64,000 bases of DNA from an uncultured Chloroflexia bacterium (GCA_963712745.1 CAVQJC010000001.1:96001-160000); one strand, 5' to 3'; shown: positions 39,909 to 49,462, counted from the stretch's first letter. Program-made: numbers and translations. The notes: generated by a model not told the origin, from the letters alone.

Positions 39909-41253
39909 TCAAGGCGTTGTGCTCGACCTGCTATCCACGGCTCGTGGCAGCAGGCGATCCAAGTCGACGCGATAGACGGACTGCGGCCGTCCCGCTCGTG
40001 GTGCGGACCGGGTACCGACAGCCATGGCGATACCCGAGCGCTCGAGTGACGCGAGCATCCGGAGCGCTGACCGGGGCGCGACGCCATAGGCGGAGGCGAG
40101 GTCCCGTGCCGTGACGGCGGACGGGTCGAGCGTGGCGAGCGCGGTGATGAGACGAGCCAGCGTGAACGGCCCCATGCCGACGGCCTTCGCATGGGCGAGT
40201 AGTCGAGGGTCCGTCTCACGCAATCGGGTTCCTGCGAGCGCGTCGCGGTCGCCGAGTCGAAGCATCGCCCCATCGTCCAGGACCACCTGCTTCCCGCCAG
40301 ACCGTCGACCGATGGCGGCGGATCGGCGCGCGTTCGCCTCCGCTCGGGCGACCGTCGCCCCCACGCCATAGCCGATCAGCAGCCCATCCCTCCCCTCGTG
40401 GACATCCTCGTCTCGGGCGTCGGACCCGGCGAGCTCCGCGGTGACCACACCCCGAGTCGTGTGGATGAGGAAGCTGCCGTCGCTCGCTCGGCTCAGCGTG
40501 CCTTGGAGCCGCTCCGCAAGGTCGACCACCTGCTGTCGGCGCCGCAACTCGTCACGCTGCGCCTGATAGGGGCCCGACCTGGCATCCTGGCGCTTCTGCT
40601 CACGAGGCTCGACCAGCGCCACGGCGATCTGGCTGGCTTCCGTACGGGCCAGGCGATCTGTCAGTGACGCGCGTCGCAGGGCCTCGCGCAGCGCCGCGTG
40701 TGTGTGCTCGATACGGGCCACCGGAACACCGAGTTGCCGAAGCTCGTTTCGAACCGATCCCATGCAGGTAAGGCACAGCTCGACCTCGCCACGCCGGTAG
40801 TGTTCCTCATGGAAGGCGGTCACATCCATCGACCGCCACTGGCCGAGCGCGAAGCTCACGGTCGTCGAAGGACAGAAGAGCGGCAGGTGGCTCCAGGTCG
40901 AGATCGTGGTAGATCTCGTCAACCGCGAATCGCTCGATCGTGTCGATGCTGATGACCGGTAGCCGACCCCGATGTTCGCGCAGGACGCCTACCAGCGCAC
41001 GGTACAGGTCTGCGCCTTCGTGAGGGATGAAATCAAGGGTCGCTCGCAATCCCAGAGTCTCCCGGGCGATCGTGTATGGCACACGACCCGTGAAAAGCAG
41101 GACCGTGCAAGCCGCGTCCAGTTCGATCGCCAGCTCAGGAGCAGCGTCCCAGGTCACGTAGGTGCGCGCGAGCACGGTTTCGGCGAGTCCGAGCTCGGCT
41201 GCCACGTTCCTGGCTCTGGCGACGGAATCCTCCGGCCCGATGATGCCGATCAC
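39909..41253 (-). CDS. Putative transcriptional regulator with C-terminal HTH, frameshift near 40880
   Basis: IGIIGPEDSV...LFTGRVPY...ISIDT (ORF 40807) continues into FHEEHYRRG...IGYGVG.T...AEANA...TARDLASAYGVAPRSALRML...GRPQSVY (ORF 39909). Confidence 0.7.
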
Positions 41254-41324
41254 AGGACGATTATGACCGAAATCACATTCGTAGCCGCTGCTCATGCCCG
41301 TCGGCGTGACCAGCGAAGAGACGA

Positions 41325-41372
41325 TGGCTCCGGCCGTAGGATCCGAACCTGCGACCGATCGGCTGCAGCCGA
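41325..41372 (-). mobile_element. tRNA-Asn-like 3' half, att-like (copy D)
   Basis: TGGCTCCGGCCGTAGGATCCGAACCTGCGACCGATCGGCTGCAGCCG differs from copy A at only 3 of 47 positions. Confidence 0.8.
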
Positions 41373-41484
41373 CGGGCTGCGCGGCGGCGGCGGCGATGAC
41401 GACGGGCTCGATGTCGTCGAGGCCGATGAGGCCAAGCCCTGCGAGCAGGCGCGGCTTCGAACGCCGCGTGAGAGAAGTCGACAT
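41373..41484 (-). pseudogene. 5' stub of a gene, possibly a MoxR-like AAA ATPase, cut at copy D
   Basis: RBS GGGAG, then MSTSLTRRSKPRLLAGLGLIGLDDIEPVVIAAAAAQ running into the tRNA fragment; the resemblance to pre-Walker-A MoxR N-termini is from memory. Confidence 0.35.
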
Positions 41485-41783
41485 GACACGTACTCCCATC
41501 CGGCCTGGGAGTCGCACCGTAAGCCCGGCGTGTCACCGAGCCCGGTTGCGGTGCCTTCGTCGGGCCAGGCCCCTCCGGCGCTCTCGATGCGTGTCGCCAA
41601 ACGGTTGGACAGCGCAAGCGTCGGATCAGTACGGTCGTGCCACCTGGGCGGCACGACCTCGGAGAGAGGACTGACTGGTGACAGGTCGCGCCGAAGTGCC
41701 GACCACGAGGTCGGCACTCCAGAGTGAGTGGCCCTTTGAACCTGGCGATGCTCCAGGGGCGAGGCTCGGCGTCCAGGCTGCTC

Positions 41784-42065
41784 CTACGCCTGGAGCGATC
41801 GCAGGCCGTCCTCTAGCGGATGCTGCTCGGTCTGAGGTGAGGTTGCCGTCGAACGAAGCTTGATCCAGACGGTAGCGGCGGTCAGGCTGGCCACCAGCAC
41901 GGCGATACCCATGGCCAGGCCGGCGCGGAGGGTCCCGCTCGCGTCGATGAGGAGGGCGGAGGCATCGATGAGCGCGATCACGGCCAACGACGTCGCGACC
42001 ATGACCACGTACCAGAGCGCCACCACGAAGTACATCTTGGCGATCTTCCTTAGGGTGTGCTTCAC
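41784..42065 (-). CDS. Small two-TM membrane protein
   Basis: RBS GAGGAG; two hydrophobic helices. Confidence 0.6.
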   Translation of the reverse strand: MKHTLRKIAKMYFVVALWYVVMVATSLAVIALIDASALLIDASGTLRAGLAMGIAVLVASLTAATVWIKLRSTATSPQTEQHPLEDGLRSLQA

Positions 42066-42199
42066 GTCGTACTCCTCGTCAGCTGTCGTCTGGTTTGGTG
42101 TCGAAGGCCCTGGGGCAGTCGTCCCCCGACCGGATGACTAACGTACCAGCCGACCAGCGCACCCAAACCCACCGCACCGACGAATCTTCGGCATCCCGC

Positions 42200-42317
42200 C
42201 GGCGGATCACCCGGGGTCCTCCGGGGTTGCCCAGAGGCGCCTGACGAGAGCACCCCCCGAGGAACAGGGTTGGTCTGGCGGACGGGCTCCGAACCGACGA
42301 CTTATGCGCTAGCAGCC
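42200..42317. mobile_element. Degenerate att-like remnant (copy E)
   Basis: CGGGGTTGCCCAGAG (42222-42236) is identical to 32007-32021; followed by TGGTCTGGCGGACGGGCTCCGAACCGACGACTTATGCGCTAGCAGCC (42271-42317), collinear with the tRNA half. Confidence 0.7.
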
Positions 42318-42334
42318 TGTGGGCCGGCATCAGC

Positions 42335-42670
42335 ACATCGAGCTCCTGTCGGGCGGCAACCAGCACAAGGTCGTCGCGGGCCGGTCCCTGGCACGGGGTC
42401 CGAACGTGCTTCTGCTCGACGAGCCTACCGCCGGCATCGACATCCGCTCACTTCGCGACCTACTACTCGGTCACGTCCCTCGCTTCGCTGATGATGGCGG
42501 AGCTGTACTCGTGGTCTCGTTTGAGCTGGGGATCTGGGTCGCAGCGCGGGCGCGCGGTCGTTCTCGCACATGGCGCCATCGTCGGGGTGCTCGATCGGGA
42601 CGCGAGCGACGCGCTGGCGGAGGCCGACGTCTTGAGGGCGATCCATCAGGAGGCGGTCGTCGCAGCCTGA
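42335..42670 (+). pseudogene. C-terminal fragment of a sugar ABC ATPase
   Basis: IELLSGGNQHKVV...LLLDEPTAGIDI...AVLVVSFEL; no Walker A; frameshifted tail. Confidence 0.8.
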
Positions 42671-42691
42671 GCCGGGTGCTCGTTGCGGGAC

Positions 42692-43300
42692 TCAAGGCGC
42701 TTGGACGTGCGCCCTGATCCCACCCACAAGGACGGATGCAGCGACCTCACCGAGGCGGTCGATGCTGCTGGCATCCGATCCCGCCATGATCTCGGCTTCT
42801 CCGACCAGCGAGGTGATCCCGTGAGCGACAGCCCAGACCGTGTTCTCGAGCGCGATAGAGTCGGTGCACTCTGGGCCGACACATGCGGCGACGGTCTCTT
42901 CGAGGATGAGGCGCGTCGGCCGACCGGCGGCCGCGACATCGGGATAGGCGGCGAGTTCGATCATGTGCTCACCGAACATGAGGCGGTATCTGCCCCGGCT
43001 TTCCAGGCCGTAGCGGATATAGGCGCGGACGAGCGCGCGGAGGCGCTCCAAGGGCTCTGGCCCGACGGCGGCGATGGCTGCGGCCAGATGCTGCCCGAAC
43101 GCGCCGTATGCGTCGGCCGCGAGGACGGCGAGCAGTTCCTGTTTGCCGGTGAAGTGGTGGTAGGGAGCCGCCTCGGAGACCCCCAACTCTCGCGCGACCG
43201 CGCGGAGCGAGACCGCATCGAGCCCATCGCTGTCGATGATGTCCAGCGTGGCGGCGAGGATGGCCCGGCGCAGGTCGCCGTGGTGATAGGTGCGTTCCAT
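42692..43300 (-). CDS. TetR/AcrR-family regulator (WHG-type C-domain)
   Basis: YHHGDLRRAIL, SLRAVARELGVSEAAPYHHF, WAVAHG. Confidence 0.93.
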   Translation of the reverse strand: MERTYHHGDLRRAILAATLDIIDSDGLDAVSLRAVARELGVSEAAPYHHFTGKQELLAVLAADAYGAFGQHLAAAIAAVGPEPLERLRALVRAYIRYGLESRGRYRLMFGEHMIELAAYPDVAAAGRPTRLILEETVAACVGPECTDSIALENTVWAVAHGITSLVGEAEIMAGSDASSIDRLGEVAASVLVGGIRAHVQAP

Positions 43301-43322
43301 CTGCCCTCGTGGCGTCGGGAGC

Positions 43323-43356
43323 TTGACTTGCGCTCGTAACTTAACAGTGCTTAGAT
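43323..43356. promoter_or_regulatory. Candidate TetR operator and promoter
   Basis: TTGACT at 43323; imperfect palindrome AACTTAACAGTGCTTAGAT (43338-43356) between divergent genes. Confidence 0.55.
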
Positions 43357-43388
43357 ATGTCGGTCAAGTCGCCCCCACGGAGGATGTG

Positions 43389-44321
43389 ATGAGCCGGATG
43401 GATCGCACTGCGTACCGCGAGACGGAAGGCAGGCTGTACTCCGAGTACGGGGTCGAGGTCATAGAGCATCTCGTGGAGGTGGAGTCCCCGGCCACGTCGG
43501 TGCGAGTGCTCGAGGTGGGCACCGGCGCACCGGTCATCTTCATCCACGGCTCGCCGAACGGTGCCGCGACATGGATCCCACTGGCCGCCCACCTTCGGCA
43601 TCGACGCTGCTTGCTGTTGGAGCGCCCAGGAGCTGGACTGAGCTCGCCGGTCGCGAAGTGGACAGATGATCGGACCGAGTCCGTGGCCATCGTCGATGCC
43701 GTCGTCAGTCGGTTCGGGCTCGACCGGGTCGACCTGGTGGGCAGCTCCTTCGGTGGTCTCTATGCGTACAACTTCGCCAAGGCCCGTCCAGCGCATGTCA
43801 GAGCCTTGATCCAGCTGGGATCGCCCGGCGGACCCGCCGTCCTGGGGATGCCGGCCATCTTCAGGTTCCTGTCATTACCGCTGCCCCGCGTCATGGTCCA
43901 CAAGGCGCTCCGTCCCGATGTGGCCGAGGCCCGGAAGATGTTCACCCAGATCGGTCACGGAGCAGCGGTCGCCAGCGGAGCCATCCCCGACGTCGTCTTC
44001 GAGTGGTACGCCTCGCTGCTGAACCACACCGATACCGTCGAGCAGCTGAATCGCGAGGTCCGGGCCATCGCGACGCCCCTCGGCTATCGCCCCAGCGGGA
44101 AGCTCGATGACGGCGCCATCGCGACGATCGACCAGCCCGTGATGTACCTGTGGGGAGACCGCGACACCTTCGCCACACCAGCATCGGCCGATCGCCTCGC
44201 GGCGCTGACACCAGGGGCAAGGATCGAGCACTTCGCAGACTTCGGTCACGTCCTCTGGTTCGACGACCCGGCGTTGATCGCCGCGCGTATCGACGACTTC
44301 GTGACGGACCTCGCGAGCTGA
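43389..44321 (+). CDS. Alpha/beta-fold hydrolase
   Basis: FIHGS, GSSFGG nucleophile elbow, WGDRD, GHVLW. Confidence 0.9.
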   Translation: MSRMDRTAYRETEGRLYSEYGVEVIEHLVEVESPATSVRVLEVGTGAPVIFIHGSPNGAATWIPLAAHLRHRRCLLLERPGAGLSSPVAKWTDDRTESVAIVDAVVSRFGLDRVDLVGSSFGGLYAYNFAKARPAHVRALIQLGSPGGPAVLGMPAIFRFLSLPLPRVMVHKALRPDVAEARKMFTQIGHGAAVASGAIPDVVFEWYASLLNHTDTVEQLNREVRAIATPLGYRPSGKLDDGAIATIDQPVMYLWGDRDTFATPASADRLAALTPGARIEHFADFGHVLWFDDPALIAARIDDFVTDLAS

Positions 44322-44466
44322 GGACGGCCCGAGAAGCACCGTTCAGGTTCGCCGGCAGACATCGACGGGGTGCACCAAGCCACGGTCCCGCAGGCCCGTG
44401 GCGCTTCCCTTCGATGGCCGAGCAGGCGACCAACGAGCCCGAGGTCGGTGCCATGAGGCTCGGGCC

Positions 44467-45718
44467 TCACCGTCCGCCGGGTCGTTCGCGCTGGACCGTC
44501 CTCATGGCTATGTCGGCCCACTCCCAGAGTCGCTGAGGTCTGTGCCGCACGGTGCTGATGTCCTTCATCGTGATCTCCAGGGGACAGCCGACCTCTGCGC
44601 ATACGTCCACCACGTGGCCGATCTGGCGCTCGATGGCGTCAGCGATCCCAACCGTCCACGGCGAAGACGTTGGGATTCGGCTTCCAGCTGAAGACGTAGT
44701 CGGGTCCGATCTTCGCGGCGCCGACATCGACGTCGGCCCACGGGCTCATGGAGATCTTGCGCACGTTGGGCAGGCGCCGTACGAGATGGATCCTGTCGTG
44801 CAGCGGCTCGCAGCAGCCGTAGTAAGCCAGGCCGAAGCGCTCGTACCAGCGCGACGCATAGGGGATCTCGAACTCCTCGAGCATGGCCGGCGACGCGGAG
44901 AGCAGGATCTGGGCCATGCCGTAGGTCCAGCTGTCGATGGCCCGGGGCCGCTCCACGTCGTAGCCCGGGGCCGGCAGCTCATCGGTCCACGCGCCGGTGC
45001 AGTGGACGAGCTGCTGTTCACGGCCGAGCAGACCCTTGGCCTCGAGCTGATCGAGCATCGCCAGGCGCGCGTCGGTGTAGCGCGAGGCGATGGCATGCAT
45101 GTGCTCAGGGCGGGCCGCAAGATCGAACAGGACCGTCTGCGCGCCTCGCCAGTAGACGATGTCATCCCACAACTCGAACGAGGGCGACCAGCCCTGCATG
45201 CGCACCTCGAGGATGCCGTCGAATGCGTTGTGCGCGCGGGCCTCGATCTCCGCGGTCGCGTCCACGTCAAGCTCGACCTCCGGGGCATGGATACGGTCCA
45301 CAGCCTGCTCGGTTGGGAGCTGGTCGTGGTACTCGTGGCTGACGATCTCGCTGTGCTGGTCCAAAGCCAGCGTCGATTCGTCGCGCTCGATCCCGAAGCC
45401 CGAGCTGCGGATGACCTTGGGCACGTCGATGGCGGCCTCGACCACCATGTCCACCGGCAGATGACGCCAGCGGTAGAGCGTCTCCCGGAGTGCCCTCTCG
45501 AAGACGCGCGCGGTCTCGTCCTCCGTACGCAGCGCAAGCTCACCGTCGATATCCATCTCATGCCACGGGATCTCGTCGATGAGCACGAGGGGGCGCACGG
45601 GCCGAAGACCGTTGAGAGCCTTCCAGCGCGCGATCGCATCCGACTGGGCCGGCAGAGCGGCGATGTCCGCGACTTCGCGCGCCAAGCCGCGAAGCACTTC
45701 GAGGTCGGCCCGGCTCAA
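44467..45718 (-). CDS. Uroporphyrinogen-decarboxylase/MtaA-fold protein, frameshift near 44640
   Basis: IPWHE, SPAMLEEFEIPY, YYGCCEPLH, KISMSPWAD, WKPNP; tail CPLEITMKDISTV...WADIAM in ORF 44467. Confidence 0.75.
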
Positions 45719-45800
45719 CGATGCGGCCGTCGGTCACCCTCCGTCATGCTGTCCGGGGTTCCGGGCCAGCTGACGTCCATGCGTGATCGTCCCGGAACCA

Positions 45801-46883
45801 TCAGGCCGAGTACCGTCCGTACTCGCGCACGGTCTCGTACAAGGCGACGATGTTCTCGAGTGGCGTCTCGGGTAGCACGGAATCGTGGCTGGGCGAAGCG
45901 ACATAGCCGCCGCCAGGCATCATGATCTCCAGGACCTCACGCGTCTTGCTCCTCACCAGGTCGGGCGTGCCCTGGATCAGGACGAACTGGGAGTCGATGC
46001 AGCCGTTCATCAGGATCCGGTCACCGAAGGCCGCCTTGAGCTCAGCCGGGTCCATGCCTCTGGCTGATGGCTGGAGTGCCTCCAGGCCATCAAGTCCGAT
46101 CTCGATCATGGACGGGATGAGCGGCGCGAAGCCACCGCAGCAGTGCAGCATCACCTTCAACCCGTAGTCGTGACCGAGGTCGGCCAATCGCTTCAGATGA
46201 GGCAGGCAGAACCTCCGGAACATGGCTTCGCTCATCAAGGGACCATTCATACCGCCGAAGTCATTGCCGATGAAGAACACGTCGATGAGGTCCGCTGCGG
46301 CGTCGAAGATGCGCTGATTGACCCCGACGTAGTAGTCAACGATGTGCTCGTGCAGGGCATCGACCAGGTCCGGCTCCTCGTACATCAGGATCATGAGGTT
46401 CTCCATGTCGACGAGGTCGTGTGCGTCGTGCCAGAACTGGGAGAACTCACCTCCGAGGATGGCGTACTCGCCGTGCCAACCTTCGACCTCGGCCCTGATG
46501 CCGTCCACGCCCATCCAGCCCGGGTCGGGCCAGGGGTAGTCATGGATCTCCTTGAGCGTGGCCCCGGCGAGGGGGTGCTCACGGGGCGTGCCCCAGCCGT
46601 AGCCATGTCGCTCTACGCCGAACGGCGATCGCATCGTCGAGCCAGGAGCAAGGTCGCCGTATGGACTGCGCTCGAGGGGGCCCGCATAGGTCGCGCGCAC
46701 CCGTCGGAAGTCATCACCCAGGAACACCGACAACGCTTCGTCGTCCTCCAGACCCAGGTGCTCCGCCAACAACTGCCGGGTTTCGTCGAGAGCGCCCAGC
46801 CATGCCGGTACTCGGTCGGGCTCCTCGAAGGCGAAGGCTGCCAGCACCCGATCTCGGGAGGTCATCGAACCATCCACGGACAT
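45801..46883 (-). CDS. Uroporphyrinogen-decarboxylase/MtaA-CmuA family protein
   Basis: MTSRDRVLAA..FEEPDRVP, GNDFG, HCCG, GCIDSQ, GGGYVASPSH, TPLENI. Confidence 0.85.
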   Translation of the reverse strand: MSVDGSMTSRDRVLAAFAFEEPDRVPAWLGALDETRQLLAEHLGLEDDEALSVFLGDDFRRVRATYAGPLERSPYGDLAPGSTMRSPFGVERHGYGWGTPREHPLAGATLKEIHDYPWPDPGWMGVDGIRAEVEGWHGEYAILGGEFSQFWHDAHDLVDMENLMILMYEEPDLVDALHEHIVDYYVGVNQRIFDAAADLIDVFFIGNDFGGMNGPLMSEAMFRRFCLPHLKRLADLGHDYGLKVMLHCCGGFAPLIPSMIEIGLDGLEALQPSARGMDPAELKAAFGDRILMNGCIDSQFVLIQGTPDLVRSKTREVLEIMMPGGGYVASPSHDSVLPETPLENIVALYETVREYGRYSA

Positions 46884-47137
46884 CCAGTTCTCCCTGTCGT
46901 TGGCGGATGCGGCCAGCGGGCACCGAGCGATCGCTTGGATGTCGAGGCACTCGAGTGCCGTTGCGCGGCATGATACGTTCTGGGGGCACGACATGACCAG
47001 CTGATCCGCAACGTTCGCGGATGGGTCCGAGAGGATACCGTCGACCTGGTCCAGGTGGTTCCGTGCCCGTGGTGCGGCGGTATCGAACAGCGCCAGCGAC
47101 CCCTCACCCGGGTGGCTCCGACGATCAGGACTTGCCG

Positions 47138-48223
47138 ATGTACTACAAGGACGACTGGCCAAGGGCCAGGGAGCGCTTCCTGGCCTTCTGGGAGGGCGAG
47201 GTGGTGGACCGCTGCTGCATCGCCGTCCAAGCCCCGCGCGACGGCAGTCGCTACGTTCGACCTGAGCCGCCCGGGTCTCCAGGCGAGCTCACCAGGTGGT
47301 GGCTGGACGCCGAAGACAACCTCGAGCGCATGCTCGCGGAGTTCGAGGGCACCTACTACGGCGGTGAGGCCTACCCGGCGACGACGATGTGCCTGGGCGC
47401 ATCGGTCATGGCCGCCTACTTCGGCAGCCGGGCAGAGCTCCGTCCTGAGACCGTCTGGTACCACCCGGTCATCGAGGACTGGGGTTCCGCGAACCTGAGC
47501 TTCGACCGGGCGGCTGATCCGCTATACCGGGCCACCATCGAGGCCACGCGCTACTACGCCCGGGAGAGCCGTGATCGATACCTCGTCAGCCTGCCGGAGC
47601 TTGGCTCTGCCAGCGATGACCTGTCGCTGCTGCGCGGCATGCAGCCACTGGTCCTGGACATGATGCAGCAGCCTTCCCCGGTCAAGGCCGCACTGAGCCT
47701 GCTGGCCGACACCTGGGTCGAGCTCAACGAGGAGCTGTACGCCATCGCTGCCGACGCCAATGACGGCGGTTGCCCCATCGCCTGGATGCAGACCTGGGCT
47801 CCGGGGCCGCACTACCAGATGTCCTGCGACTTCTCCGCGGTCCTCTCACCGGCTCTCTTCGATGAGTTCATCGTGCCCGAGCTGCGGACGTACCTGCAGG
47901 TGAACGAGTTCGCCGTGTACCACTGGGATGGGCCCGATGCGGTCAAGTACCTCGACAGCCTGCTGGCCATCGATGGTATCGACGCCATCCAGTGGACGCA
48001 GGGCGCCGGTAGCCCGCCGGCATCGGATCCGCGCTGGATCCCCCTGTACCGCAAGATCCAGGCAGCAGGCAAGAAGCTGATCCTGCCATTCGTGGAGACC
48101 AGCGAGGTCGAGGCCCTGCTGGCTCAGATCTCGTCGCGCGGCTTGCTCATCGGGACGACCGCTCAGAGCGAGGAGGAGGCTCGAGACCTGCTGCGCCGGG
48201 TGGAAGGCTGGACGCGGGACTGA
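47138..48223 (+). CDS. UROD-fold protein ('trimethylamine corrinoid protein 2'-like annotation class)
   Basis: WPRARERFLAFWEGEVVDR, LLRG, SCDFSAVLSP..FDEF..PEL, YHWDGP, IQWTQGAG, IQAAGK. Confidence 0.75.
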   Translation: MYYKDDWPRARERFLAFWEGEVVDRCCIAVQAPRDGSRYVRPEPPGSPGELTRWWLDAEDNLERMLAEFEGTYYGGEAYPATTMCLGASVMAAYFGSRAELRPETVWYHPVIEDWGSANLSFDRAADPLYRATIEATRYYARESRDRYLVSLPELGSASDDLSLLRGMQPLVLDMMQQPSPVKAALSLLADTWVELNEELYAIAADANDGGCPIAWMQTWAPGPHYQMSCDFSAVLSPALFDEFIVPELRTYLQVNEFAVYHWDGPDAVKYLDSLLAIDGIDAIQWTQGAGSPPASDPRWIPLYRKIQAAGKKLILPFVETSEVEALLAQISSRGLLIGTTAQSEEEARDLLRRVEGWTRD

Positions 48224-48259
48224 CGACCGAGTCTGCCCTGAGCCTGGTTCAGACCGGCC

Positions 48260-49417
48260 TCACCGCGCACTCGCTCCAGTAGCCCACAGGAGGTCACCAA
48301 GTCTTTCCACGTCCACCTCGATCCCCAGGCCGGAACCGGCTGGCGTGGGTCCCCATCCTCCCTCGCTCCGGGGCTCGTATCCGGCAACATGCTCGAGCGT
48401 CCAGTCATTCATGAACGAGACGGCGAACAGTTGGTCGGCCGGGACCCCGGCCGCGAGGTGACTGACTGCCGCGGTGACGATGTCGCCCCCCCAGCTATCT
48501 TCGATGGTCAGGCGCAGCCCGAGGTCGACGGCCGCGTCCCTGATGACCCGCGCGCGGCCCAGCCCACCCACGCGACTGATCTTGAGGTTGACGTGCTCCA
48601 TGGCGTTCAGCTCCATGGCCCGGATCAGCGATGGGAGGTCGACGATGACCTCGTCGAGCACCATCGGCATCGCCGTCGAGCGTCGGACCGACAACGACTC
48701 CTCCAGGGTGGCGCAGGGCTGCTCCAGGCGGAGTCGATGGCTGGAGTCCAGGCGCTCCACCTGTCGCGCAACGATCACCGCGTCCTGGCGCTGCCAGCCT
48801 CCATTGGCATCGGCGATCAGCGCGTCTTCCGGCCCGGTCGCGGCCAGCACGGCAGCGATACGCTCGACGTCTTCTTGTGGTCGCCCACCGACCTTCAGCT
48901 GGAAGCGATGGATGCCCAGAGCTCGCTGGTGCTCGACGAACGCCTGCATCTCGGCGGGACGGCCCAGGGGCACCGCGACATACAAGGGCAGCCTGTCCTG
49001 GAGGCGACCGCCCAGCAGATGTGCCACGGACAGACCGGTGGCCTTGCCCATGGCATCCCAGCAGGCGGTGTCCAACGCGCTCTTTGCGTATCCGGAGCCC
49101 CGCAGCGCTGCCTCCATCCGCGCCTGCACCTCGGCAGCATTGGTGACGTCGGCACCGATGACCGCCGATGCCAGGAGGGGCAGGGCCGAACGGGCGCCTT
49201 CGGAATGGGCCGGCAGGTAGGTCGGCCCCAGAGGGCAGGTCTCCCCGAAGCCCGAGGTGCCGTCCTCGGTGACGACCCTCACGACGGTGCTGTCGAGCTG
49301 GTTGACGACTCGTCCCCCGGACATGACGTAGTCCCCGTGGGCGTAGGTCAGCCGGTAGCCATAGACCTCCACCCGGGCTATCGAGGTCGACGTCGTAGTC
49401 GCGCCATCAGGATTCAT
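48260..49417 (-). CDS. Enolase-superfamily enzyme, cis-3-hydroxy-L-proline dehydratase / hydroxyproline-betaine epimerase subgroup
   Basis: GETCPLGPTYLP, FQLKVGG, DAN, EQP, LDE, NLKISRVGGL, TIEDSWGGDIVTAA. Confidence 0.8.
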   Translation of the reverse strand: MNPDGATTTSTSIARVEVYGYRLTYAHGDYVMSGGRVVNQLDSTVVRVVTEDGTSGFGETCPLGPTYLPAHSEGARSALPLLASAVIGADVTNAAEVQARMEAALRGSGYAKSALDTACWDAMGKATGLSVAHLLGGRLQDRLPLYVAVPLGRPAEMQAFVEHQRALGIHRFQLKVGGRPQEDVERIAAVLAATGPEDALIADANGGWQRQDAVIVARQVERLDSSHRLRLEQPCATLEESLSVRRSTAMPMVLDEVIVDLPSLIRAMELNAMEHVNLKISRVGGLGRARVIRDAAVDLGLRLTIEDSWGGDIVTAAVSHLAAGVPADQLFAVSFMNDWTLEHVAGYEPRSEGGWGPTPAGSGLGIEVDVERLGDLLWATGASAR

Positions 49418-49462
49418 GGTCGCTCCTCATCTCCACCTTCACCCTGGACGAAGCCGTCTCCA

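Noticed and set aside
47113-47133. Further module copy (TGGCTCCGACGATCAGGACT)
   Set aside because: The match is short, lacks GAACC and the anticodon arm, and upstream spacing does not fit; left unresolved.
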